A stretch of 64,000 nt of DNA, from contig NC_087436.1 of the NCBI RefSeq assembly GCF_036321535.1, forward strand, positions 33,296,001 through 33,360,000, read 5' to 3'. A model generated the notes under the pieces. It saw only the letters and a program-made list of their open reading frames with translations. It searched no databases and was not told the DNA's origin. This document shows positions 27,473-38,830 of this stretch, piece after piece. Numbering within the stretch: position 1 is the first letter of the stretch; every line of letters starts with the position of its first letter. A program made the translations under genes and the position numbers. Source of the DNA: Camelus dromedarius (taxonomy: Eukaryota).

Positions 27473-29257
27473 GTTGTCCTACCACTTGGACTGTCTACCA
27501 GCTCAGACCTTTATGTAGCATAGCCCCTTCCTCATCTTCCTTCTTGAGAGTGGGGTTGGCCACAGAGAAAATATTGTTAGTCCTAATCCTTTAGCCTGGG
27601 AAGACAGTGGTTTCCCAGCCTCACTTTTGTAAGCACATATAATTCTGGAGTTCAGTATTTAGAAAGACTTGCCCTCAGCAATAAGCCCCTTCCTCAAAAA
27701 CCAGGCTGTTAATAGTTAATCAGTTTGGATATGGGCTGCCCCTTTCTAAAACTTCAGTTGCAACATTTGTTAAGTATGGACATCATTATCTGTCTATGAG
27801 AAATATTCCATCTACACCGTTTTCCTCCTTGGGAAAAGTAAATGGTGCCTTTGAAAAAATAATCAAATGTGAATACATACAACAAAATGGTCAGTGAACG
27901 TACCTATACTTTTTGCTAAATGTGGAACCTGTAAAATTCAGTGTCTAGAAAATGACACCTCGTTTGTTAAATTCAAGGCTGATGCTTAGCAAAACCCGAG
28001 GACAAAGACGACTGTGGCTGGTTCTGATGGAAATCTTTTTGCAGTCTCTAGTGTCTGAAGTTACTTTTTTATGACCCCATTCATATTGCTTTATAGTAAA
28101 AGTTGAAAGAAGGCTTATTCAATTGATGTCTGCCCACACATTAGAATTTGATTTGCTAAAAGATTATAACAGTGCTCTCCTCCTCCAATGTAAAACCATT
28201 GTTCTGTATTAGGAGAGACTCTTCAACTCCAAATTTCAGCTAAAAGCACACATTTTACTTATACATCTCTTTCTATTTTCTTATTTCACATTTCCCTTAT
28301 TTCCACAAGATAAGAATAATATTTCTCTAAGACTGATATACTGTAGCTACAGCTCTTTTATTTAATCCTAAGAATTTCATTGGATGAATACACTGCTTGG
28401 AGTTTTTCAGTCATTATAATTTTTAAAGTAACAAAAGCATATAATTACATGTCTTTCTCAAGTGGCACGTTTGAAGATTGGTTTGTCTTCAGAGCAATAG
28501 TAGAAATTATACTTATGGAAATGAGAGATGATGGGGAATAATAAATACTTACTGTATTATAAATGTGACATTTCTGAATATCCCACTCTTTAATGCCAGA
28601 GACACGTTTTTAAGCAGTGCGAAAGAAAATGCTATTTTTAGTCCTTATAGAATATGCATGTTAACTAATTTCCTTTCTATTGTAACATGAATGGATAACA
28701 TAAACATAGCTCTTTTACAGTAATACCGTATTATATTGTGTGAAGATGTGCGATATAAAATACTTTATAAGAATGTGAGTTACCTCTCTAAATTACAAAT
28801 AAGAGATAAAGCAAAACACCATTAAATTATTAATAGCTCTGGGGAATGGAAGATGAATACATTATGTTTTATAGTTTGGCTGCCTACATTCTTTTCTTAA
28901 ATTAACTTAGCGCTCAAAAGCATTTAATGAGCAGGGCTATTCCATAGACACTGATCTATACACTGAAGGCATACCTATAAACAACAAAGTAAAGTTCATA
29001 TTTCTCATAGAACTAATATTCTAAGGAAGTATGGGCAGCTAACTAACAAAGATACTTCAGATAGGGAAAAGTGGTATGGAAGAGAGTTTATACATAATGA
29101 ATTAGATTTCAGGTTTCATCCTGAGTCTGTTAAAATAAAGCAGTGATGTCCTAAAGTTAGTCTTCAAAATTTCATCTGGATACTGTGGGGGAAATTACTG
29201 CAGAGAAACTTATAAAAATATGCTGGTAATAAAAACAAATAATACATATATGAGAAT

Positions 29258-29760
29258 AGACTTCCACTTTGCCAAAGATGGAGTAACAGAAAGTGGGTTG
29301 GACAGGAGGTACTGAAGGGCAGAACCCCCTGCGAGATACGGGGTGAGTCCTGTAATTGCCCATCTTGGGCTTCCAGTCTTGAAAGTTTGTAGGCTGCAGT
29401 GCAGAGAACCCAGTGGGGCGCAGTGGATTCATTAGTGGAGGAGACAGAGCTGAGAGTTAGGGAGAAATCAAGCTTGCTATAGATAGCAGGACAGAATATG
29501 TGAGGGCAAAAAAAAGGACTGCATGGAGATCTGGAGGTCACAGAGGGTACACTCAAAGATTCAGCAGAATACTGGTCAGCAGATGCACAAGACTATAGAA
29601 ACTACCCAAGGCTATAGAAAGAACCACGTCAAAGGATTAGAAGTAAAGACAAGAATATTGAAACAGGCATGATAATTATATTTATTACACAAGCACAAAA
29701 ACCTAGAAGATTGAACATGTTAAGTAGAGATGTGGAAGGTGTATGTATATATACATATAC
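29258..29760 (+). mobile_element. Old L1 (L1MC/MD-like) 5' end fragment
   Basis: agacttccactttgccaaagatggagtaacag start, and later aagattgaacatgttaagtagagatgtggaag, recalled from old L1 5'/ORF1 regions. Confidence 0.55.
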
Positions 29761-30929
29761 GTGGAAAAACTATTTTTATCGTTTTATTCCCTGGGTATTT
29801 GCTTTATTTATGGCATTATGTTATTTTATTTTGGGGCAGGAAGTGCATATAGTTTAGCAGTAAGTTCTTGGTGCTGTCTTTAGTATGATCACAATGGGTG
29901 TTCTTAGCACAGCGTTGTTTGAATAAATATATACAGTGTTATTATTATAACTTATGTATTGTTGTCATGAAGACTGAGCAAAATGGATACTGGATAAAAA
30001 AACATGGAGAAAGTTAAGATGCCATTTGCTGTCTATCAAGTTCTAGATAGGAGATAAAAGTTTATGATATATGAATATAAGTGATGATATACTACAGCTT
30101 TAGTGATTCCATAGTAGATTTAAAATCGTTCATTTTATATTTACATATGTTTTTCACATAACAAAACTATATGGAAAAGAAAGATATTTAAACAGAATAA
30201 AATTATCTAAGTTGTAAGTTTAGATTCTTTTAATTTGATCCTGTCCCATGAGAATTATTCATGCCATTTAATTTTCTTTGAAAACATATTTTCAAAAGGT
30301 TACATAATATTTCATTGTATAAGCTATTTGAGAAATGTAAATATTTCTTTACTTTTAAGTATCCTAGAATTTTGGAGAAGGATTTTTCTTAAGTAAGTAC
30401 TTAGCTCTTAACAGAGCTATTGGGAGATTGTGCAAAGTACCAAACTCATAAATCTATCAATGTAAAACAGTGTGTTAAGAACTATACATACTATTACTGT
30501 TACATATTTTGTGTTGAGAAATACCTTGGCAATAATTTTCTAGTGTATTTTGCCAATACATATCACAAGGAAGTCCTATATATTAGAGATAACTTTTCTT
30601 TGAATATAATTCTAGAATATTATTGGGGAAATGAGATTAAAAGTTAGAGATTTAAAAAAAAACAAACCATGAACAAAATCATGTTCAAAAATTGTAAGGA
30701 AATCCTTACTTCAAACATTTGATGCTGAAATATTTCTAATGTACTTTTGGACAATATCAATAACTTATAAGATATTAAAAATGTATTAATTAATATAATT
30801 ATATTTAACATCTTCTCCTAAATGGGCTGATTGTTATCAATAAAGAAAAATCTTATACTATTTGTTGCATGTAGAAGAAAATAAAAACTGAAGCTTTTAA
30901 CCTGTAAGAAAATATGCTGTTAAATATGA

Positions 30930-33450
30930 CTTGGTCTTAATCTCGGATGAACCTTTTCCATTTCAGATGAATTGCTGTGTCCATTCGACAATATGACCTG
31001 GCAGGGCAGGCTTTCCCACAGTCAAGCGTTCCATCTCCACCAAGGATCACCAGTATGCCTGGAGCTGTTTCTCACGAGGTATACAGCTCTCTCCTATGGC
31101 CTTGCTCCAATTTCTCAGGGACCTGCATCATGACCCTCTTGCTGTAAGTTTGCCATGAGTTCCCACCACTTTCTCACCACTGATACCTCCACACAACAGG
31201 GTCTGCTCAGTTGTTTGGCCCAAATGGCAGGGCTGCTTGCACTGCATCATGGATCAGCTCCAGCACCTTTTACTGCTCTGCGACAAACTCAAAACTATAA
31301 AGATTCAAGAGCAATTATAGTAACGACAAAGCAAGGTCATTGGGGCAGCCAAGGGGTTTTTATCCTCAGGGAGTTATGGAGATGGTTAATAGAGCAGAGC
31401 ATCGCTAGGGGCAAAACAGATGAGCTGTCAAGAAGAGTGCTCTAATTTGCTGCTTATTTTGGAGCAGATATCTGTGTAGACCCTTACCTATTGATTCCTA
31501 AGTTTTCTCTGAATTGGCATGCCTCTTGAATCTTTATAGGTCTTAACCCTCAATTCATGGCTTATCAAGGTCTCCAGTGTTCTAGCCATTTCTTGCTTGT
31601 CCTGACCAATTGGCATGATGTCATTAATGTCACTGATTAATGCAATGCTCTGAGGATATTTACGTGGTTCAGATTTCTTTGTACTATTTTGTCATACAGG
31701 GCAGGAGGTTAACACAGCTCTGAAGAAAACTGTAAATGAGTATTTCTGTTCATTCCATTTAAACACAAGTTTTTCCTGATTCTCTTTTTTTAATTGAAAT
31801 GGAAAAAAACACATTCACCAGATAAATGGTCATATACCACGTCACAGAGGTACATAGTATATGACCATTAATCTGCTCCAGAAAGGAGCCTATATATGGC
31901 ACAACAGCAGTGGTCAGGGATGTTACCTGATTCAGCTGGCAGTGGTCTCAAATCATTCTCAAGGATATATCCAGTTTTTCCAGGGGCGAAACTGGCAAAT
32001 CAAATGCAGAGAAGATTGAGACCATCATCATTGAATTCTTTAGGTCATTAATAGTGGCGCTAATTGCTGCCATCCCCTAGGGTGTGATACTGTTTTTCAT
32101 TTACTGCCTTGGCTGGGGGAGGTTAGTTTCATAGGTTTCCACTTGGCTTTACCTACCATGAGTGCTCTTCCGTATTGGCTAAGGATGTGAGGGATCATTC
32201 TGACTGCAGAGTATAACAATTCAAATTATACACCTGAGCACTGGAGAAATGAACACTCAGTCAGTCCCAGTTGTCCACTGTCAGCTGGACTCGAGCCAGG
32301 GCTCCATTTATCACAGCGAGCCAGTAAGCTCCGACTTTACTCTAGGGCTATGATGATGCCTTAGTGTCAACTCAGACCTCAGTTCTCTGGCTGTGTTGCT
32401 GTTCCTCCTGCCTCAGTGTACAGTGACCTGAGTCAATGGCCATAGCTGCCTCTGAAGGAAGGACTGGGAGAATCATTACAGTCTTGTAATTGCTGCAACT
32501 GCTGCAAGGTTCTCTCTCCCAGGGACCGGCCACTTTGTTAGTCAATGTGTTCCAGATTTGAAAACTGGCTCAGAGAAACGAATAAGAGCTCGTTACATTT
32601 TATTGGAGCAATTGCCCTCATGCCTCTGCTCCTGCATTTTTGCCTTTTTTGGTTATAGATGTTAAGCAGCACCCTTCTTGACAGCTCATCTGTTTTTCCC
32701 CTAGGGATGCTCTGCTCTATTAACCATCTCCACAACTCCCTGAGGATAATGCCCCCTTGGCTGCTCCACTGACCTTGCCTTGCGGTTATTGTAATTGCAG
32801 CCTCCTGGTTTCTGGTGATTAAACAGTGCCACCTGGCTTCTGTTGGTTGGGGGCATCATCCCCATGGAAGTTAATGAGCTCAGCTCCATGGCAGCTGCAA
32901 CTGTCTTCAGCCCCAGCCTACAGAGGCAAGCTACCAGTGAACTTCTTAATGATTCTGAGCATTGTCAACAGAAGGAGGTGAATCTCCCCTCTCACCCAGA
33001 GCAGACCTTTTGTCCTTGGCGAAGTCCTTGGTGTGTCCTCGCATTCCTTCTGTGGAACCCAGCCTTCAGGTGGGTCTCCTTGTCTTCCAAATGTGTCCAT
33101 TCCCAGTATATCCGCTGATCTCAACCTCTTTATTCCCTTCTCTGCCGTCTGTTAGGGTAACTCAGGTGTTTCCACTTTGTTTTTTCCAGGACTGAGAACC
33201 ACCCTAGTAGGGATTTTATTCCCTGGGGTCTTCCCATGACCAGGGTGTTAAACCTTGTGTCCTAAAAACAATCAGCCTAAGTGAATGAATTCTTGTTTGT
33301 CCAGCCTTACATTGTAGTCCCCTTAAATTTCAATCCTAGGAGTGTTTTCCTGACTCCCACTTGTATAAGCTAGCTAATTCTTAAAATTCTGATTTTATAG
33401 TCTGTTTCATCACTTAGGAGGCCCAGGACTTCACGCGTGTTAGGGAGGGG
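30930..33450 (-). mobile_element. Class III endogenous retrovirus (ERV-L/HERV16-like) internal remnant: decayed gag, protease/RT and RT-connection region
   Basis: Minus-strand peptides: ELSSLTSMGM..SQVALFNHQK and WRWLIEQSIPRGKTDELSRRVLLNIYNQK (ERV-L gag-like); degenerate YIDDIML motif (DINDIMPIG, ~31610-31635); AVQAALPFGP and EKQLQAYW*SLVEMERLT (ERV-L pol, ~31015-31245). Many stops and frameshifts. Confidence 0.85.
31311..31441 (+). repeat. 131-bp inverted copy of 32668-32798 (ERV-L gag segment)
   Basis: Ungapped alignment to the reverse complement of 32668-32798 with 14 mismatches by hand count (~89%). The same peptide appears in ORFs 31155..31445(+) and 32538..32735(-). Confidence 0.95.
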
Positions 33451-33741
33451 TGTTGCACTGGTAGCAGCCAGAAAAGGTAATGAGAATAGCTGCTGAAAGG
33501 TTCATCCGTTACATGGCAGGTGGGAGGCGTGCCCTGCAACATCATAGTCCAGCCTGGTAGAAACGCTGGCTCTTATGAGGGAAGGATTGGGCGACCTCTA
33601 TATAAACCTAGAAGGGTTTGTGGGGTCTGCAGAGCCAGCATCCTCAGGTGCACACATCCATCCCCCCATCTCATGCTGCAGGATGCCACATTTTCCTTAC
33701 CAAGTCCTTGACCTCTGCATAACACATCCACCTTGGCTGAG

Positions 33742-34194
33742 TGTATTAGGGTTCTCTAGGGAAACAGAATCCGGTGAGAGATAGAGGTGGCAAGAGGGAT
33801 CGAGATTTTATTATGACAAACTGACTCACATTTATGTAGAAAAACAAGTCCCACCATCTGCTCTCTACAGGCTGGAGACCCAGGAAAGTCTGTTGTTTCA
33901 GAGTCCGAAGGTCTGAGAACCAGGAAAGCCAAGGACAAGAGATCCATGTCCCAGCTGAAGCAATCAGGCAGAAAGGGGAGAATTCCTTCATCCTCCACCT
34001 TATGTTCTATTCAGGCTCCCAACAGATTGGTTAATGTTCACCCACATCCACATCAGGGGAGGGTAATCTTTACTGAGACCACCAACTCAAATGCTGATCT
34101 CACCCAGAAACACCCTCACAGAGTCACCCAGAAGTAGTATTTAATCTGGGCACCCCTTAGCCAGTCAAATTGACACATAAAATTAACCATCATG
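33742..34194 (-). mobile_element. MLT2-type (ERV-L) solo LTR
   Basis: Plus strand runs tgtattagggttctctagggaaacagaa...aaattgacacataaaattaaccatca, the reverse complement of MLT2. 5-bp target-site duplication CTGAG at 33737-33741 and 34195-34199. Confidence 0.92.
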
Positions 34195-34199
34195 CTGAG

Positions 34200-35540
34200 C
34201 ATTCACAAGTCTTTGGACTCCAAGTGTTACAACTGTTTATTCAGCCTGCCTCACAGCTATTTCTGCTCCTCCACATGGAATCTTTAGCTAGTGAACTGAC
34301 ACTTTTTGCTAGGGACTATCCTTGCCCCAGCCTATCAGCCAGGATGGAATCCTCTTGTCTGCTCAGAGGTGAGTTGGCCAGTTTCAAACCTCCATCTTAA
34401 CTGCCTGCTTTCTGTTCTACTGAGAACTTTCCCAAACTCCTACTGTAACCTTTATGTATCTGCTATCCATATCTGCACAAAAATATGCTCTCTCTCTCTC
34501 TGCCTTTTATGATATAGGAACCCTCGGTGCTTCTACTTAAAGCCAATCCCTCCACTTTTGCAATAGGTTCTATCCCTTCTTACTTAGATTACTCCAACAA
34601 CTTTCCCTTGTCTGTATTGCATCATGTATTTGTCAATATATCTGCACTCATCACTTTTCACTGCCGTCAGCCGTGGGAGGCTGGAGAGGTATCCGAGGAG
34701 GTGAGCTGCCCAACTGGAAGGAGGCGCGAGGAGCCAAGATAGAGCAAAACAGCACTTTACTGCAGTACAAACGGGTGGTGTGCGTGCTCAGGTGTAGGCA
34801 CTTGTCTTTTTATTATGCCCGGTCATGCATATTGTTCATAATGCTGACTCATGCTACCAGCGCATGCGTACATTTACTTCTAACCTCACACGTGCAAGTT
34901 ATTGTGAACTTTGACCTGGGTCCTACTGCCTACTCACTTAAGGCTGCCGACAACTGCTTATACTGTTAACACGCTGCACTAAGCCACCCTGATCACTCAC
35001 ACAGACCACTGTAAAGCCTCCTAAATGTTCTCCCTACTTCCTCCTTTTCCTATCCCCAGTCTATTCTCAACACAGTAGCCAGAGGGAATCTTACAAAATT
35101 TAAGTCAGATCATGTCCCTCTTCTGCTCGATTACCCACCTGTCTTCCCTTCTCAGTAGCCAGTCTTGTAGCGCTCTCTGAAGCCTGATGTGACCTGGTTG
35201 TCCATTCCATCTCTGAGCTCATCTCCTAGTACACTTTTCCTCACTCCATTCCTGCTGCATTTTCTTTGTGTATTCTTGAATATGCCAGGCAGGTTCCACC
35301 TTAAGGAATTAGCACTGTTTCCTCTGTAGGGAATACCCTCCCTTCAGAGTCACCCTTCTAATGCCCCACACCCTTCAAATATTTGTTCAAATGGTACCTT
35401 TTCAAAAAGATATACTCTGACCTTCCATTTAGAACTCCAATCATTCGCTTGTTTCATCTTTTTCCCATAAGACTTTTCATCTTCTAGCATTCTAATGTGC
35501 TTTACTAATTTATTACAACTATTCTCTCTTTACTGCCTCC
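34200..35540 (+). mobile_element. LINE-2 remnant, interrupted by the LTR at 34662-34952
   Basis: aaagccaatccctccacttttgc; agcctcctaaatgttctccctacttcc...cagtctattctcaacacagtagccagaggg...agtcagatcatgtc L2 motifs. Confidence 0.7.
34662..34952 (-). mobile_element. Short, CpG-rich ERV-like solo LTR (possibly betaretrovirus/ERV2 type)
   Basis: Minus strand starts TGTCG and ends CGGCA (inverted termini). TATA-like CATAATAAAAA (34807-34817) lies upstream of an AGTAAA poly(A)-signal variant (34756-34761). Composition changes sharply against the host L2. ACTGC occurs at both flanks but overlaps the left terminus. Confidence 0.7.
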
Positions 35541-35879
35541 TCTCAAGATGATGTTTTAATATGAAATGTGAACGACAAGAAAATACATTCCTGATAGAAG
35601 TGCTAATATCAAATCCCTTTCGGGAAATGGACTAGATGTTTCTGAGGAACGAAAGGAGGCCAGCATGATGGGAGTCTGCCCAGGACTGAGGAGGCTCCTG
35701 GAATGTGAGATTTTTCTGGGCTAAAATGAGGACAGTCTCAGGCAAGCTTTGGTCTTGGTTCTGGGAGAGGAAACATTCCGAGACATCCCCCACGATTCTG
35801 CTCCACGGCGTACACACATCTTCTCCCAATTATTCAATCAAGCATTAAGTAGGTGCTGCTGTGAGCTCCCTAGTCAATA

Positions 35880-36347
35880 AGCTCTGAGAAAGGGCGAGAA
35901 TCCTAGAAGGGTCTGAGCTAATTAACTGGGCCCTTAAAAGAGTCAAGAGGGCTTTTTAAGCAGCACAGGTTTTTCCACTGATCGCCAAGCAAGGGCGCAG
36001 CCGCGCTGTGAGCTTCCGGGGCAGGGCTACCTGGGTGGGAACTGAGAGCGGCTTCCAGCAGCTGGGAGAGCAAGAGGCCGCAAACGCCAGCCACCGAGAA
36101 ATGGGCCTCGAAGCCTACAACCACAGAGGCTGCATTCTGACAACTTTGAATCTGCAAGAGGGCCGAGGCTCCTGATGGGACCACTGCCACAGCTGACGCC
36201 GTGATGTCAGCTTTGTGAGGCCGCGCGGTGAACCAGTTACGCCACGCCAAGACTTCTGACCTACAGAAACGGTGAGTTAATAAATGGGCGCTGTTTCATG
36301 GAGCTAAGTTTGTGGTAATGTGTTACACAGTAGTAGAAAAGTAACAC
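35880..36347 (+). mobile_element. MaLR LTR (MLT1E/F-like), unusually CpG-rich
   Basis: gacttctgacctacagaaacggtgagttaataaatggg...agctaagtttgtggtaatgtgttacacagtagtagaaaagtaacac is a typical MLT1 3' end. Confidence 0.8.
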
Positions 36348-36509
36348 GGTGTTCTGAAGCAAGGAGGGGTTTTTAAGAGAAATTCAAAGGAAAAAACGGG
36401 CTCTAGATTACACAGGGCTTTTTAAAGTCATAGGAAGGAGTTTTGATTTGATTCTTAATGCTGTGGGAAGATAACAGATTATTTTAAATGAAGAGGTACA
36501 TGACGCCAG

Positions 36510-37320
36510 CACTTCTGGCCCTGACGTGAGTGTAGAGAAATCTGTAGGGACACTGTGTGGAACTCTGGGGCGCTCTGTTGAGCTTCCAGCAGCTTCTTGG
36601 TGTTAGGCCCAAGGCCCAGAGCACTGCTTGCGGTCCCTGAGGGTCAGGAGGCTAGCAAGTAGCTTTTGCATAGAGAGCCCTACGCTGCTCTCCCCTTGGG
36701 CAGATTTTGCACGTGGTACAGGAGGCTGGGCGAGCAGCCGTGTGCTTCCCCGCCTTCCTGGTGTGCTGCTTGGGCCCGACAGAACTTGAGCCTGAAGCTG
36801 AGGCCGCGCTTTGCGCAGTGGAAGGGCCTCTTCCTGGTGTGGAGCTGAAGGGGTTCGTGAGGTACACCCCTCAGGCTCAGGACACCGGAGGGGCACTCAT
36901 TTGCATGCGGGGTGCAGTGCTCTGGGAGCCAGAGCACACACGTGCTCTTTTGCAGTCTGGGATGCTGGCGGGGCCTGGCCAGACGCCCCCACTTCCGAGC
37001 AAAGCGCTCCCCAGTCTCCAGACCCAGGTGCCGCAGTGAGGGCGGCAGGGGCTCCAAGTCCAGCTGCAGGCGGCTAGGCTTTCTGCTGTCTGCGGCACCA
37101 GGGGGAGGGCCTCTTTGGGTTTAGGGTTCTCTCTGATAGCGCTCAGCTGTGGAGCTTGTCCTGGGCTGGGGGCATTTGGCGAGGTATGTGGCTCTGGGCC
37201 ATGTACCTACACTCCCTGTCGTCACCGGAGGCTCTTCTCCAGCACAAAGCCTCAGGGGTTCCCTTTCATTTTTAAAGCGTGCATCTGGGGGCTCTGAACT
37301 ACTGCACACACCACCACCAA
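36510..37320 (-). pseudogene. Decayed C2H2 zinc-finger coding-like sequence (probable ZNF pseudogene fragment)
   Basis: Linker/finger-like motifs in three different minus frames: HANE-PLRCPE (~36873-36907), HTRKRPFHCAKRGLSFRLK (linker at 36809-36841) and HTAARPASCTTC (36709-36744). GC-rich block with approximate boundaries; parent gene not established. Confidence 0.55.
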
Positions 37321-38629
37321 TGACTCTTTGTATATTAATCTTGGTACTGAGTCTTAAGTGTCCTGGAACCTTCTCTCTGTCAAGAAGGGAGACAGCTTTC
37401 CCTTTCAGAGCCCAGGTCTTTCTAAGCGAGGTGCAGAGAAAGGGTGATTGGCTTTATTCAGGCACAGGTCTTTACCACAGCCCTCTCAGCACACTGGCTC
37501 CCAGAGTACACGGGCCCCATGTTAGCACAGGCCTGTGTCCTCAAGTATGTGTTCCTGTGTGTGCCTGTGTGGGAGGGTTAAGCTGGTGTCACACTTCATA
37601 CAACCATAGCTCATAGCTCATTTTGACAATCCTGACCTCGCCCCTCTCTCAGCTGAGCCAGATCCGCACGGCTTCTCACCTGGCCCCTCTGTGGACTTGA
37701 CTCCATATGTGGTCTGTTTTTGCAAAATGTCCTCCTGCTGTCTCCCCAGTATGTACATGTACCACTGTGTTCGGTCACGTTTGTTGTGTATCTAAACCCC
37801 CATTTGTGGGTTCAGTGTTTATTATTTTTTTAATTTTGTTGACACTTTGGCAGCTAAAGATTGTGACCAGATACCTGAGTTACGTGTTCCCCAATATTTC
37901 ATGACAGTTAAGAGTCCTAAAGGTTTTTTGGTGTATAATACTTATTTGTTGAGTACAAAGACAGGGTCACAAAGGGGGACTATTGCATAATTTTGCAGAT
38001 ACAAATATTACAATTGTATGCGTGTTACAATTTTATGCATGTGCTATCATAAAGTGCATATAATGCAATCTATCATTAATGTAAAATAAATTTTTGGAGA
38101 ACTACTGTCTTCATTATGAAATTGGTAAAACTTTTAATCAAATGAGATGAATGGAAGAGTCTGTTTTGTGTCTGTTGTGATCCACTCCCTTCATGCTACA
38201 TATTATTTCCTGTGTCTCACGGTGCTATAGTAACTCACGCTGGTTTGTACCACAATAGGATATTCGTTGAACCGAATGTTTATACTAACTGCAAACACTT
38301 GTTTTCTCTGACAGTGCCTACTTTGAGATTAGACTCTAAGAACAAAATCTTTCTCACTTGAGTTTCTTTTCTAATAATATCTGTTCCTAATTTGCTAATG
38401 CAAAGACCCCTGATGGACTTTGGGAGGATCTGTGGCCTATTCTTTGAAATTTCTCTTCTAGTGTGAAGTGGGAAAGAGTGCCTGGCATGGAGAAAAGAAC
38501 TGGAGTTTTCTTTTTTGAAGTTGTAGTTATAAACCTCTATACAAATGAGAGCTATTGTTTTTCTTATCAATTCAATTTGTAAAATAAACATAATACTGAT
38601 AGTGGAGTGCTACATAATTATCAAAACAA

Positions 38630-38830
38630 CCCATTACATATTAGTAGTCATCAAATTATAAAGAAGAATCATCTGGAGTGTTTATATAAACTGTAGATAC
38701 CTTGAACTCAGTTCTCAAGACTCCAGTTTAGTAGGTTTGAGTGAGGTTCAAGAATTGGCATTTTTAGCAACCTGGCCAGATAATTCAGGTGCGAGTGGTG
38801 AGTAGTTACTACTCAGTTAAGACCAAAAGC
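38630..38830. mobile_element. MER5A-like hAT-Charlie element
   Basis: agaatcatctggagtgttt...agtttagtaggtttgagtgaggttcaagaattggcatttttagcaac. Confidence 0.65.
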
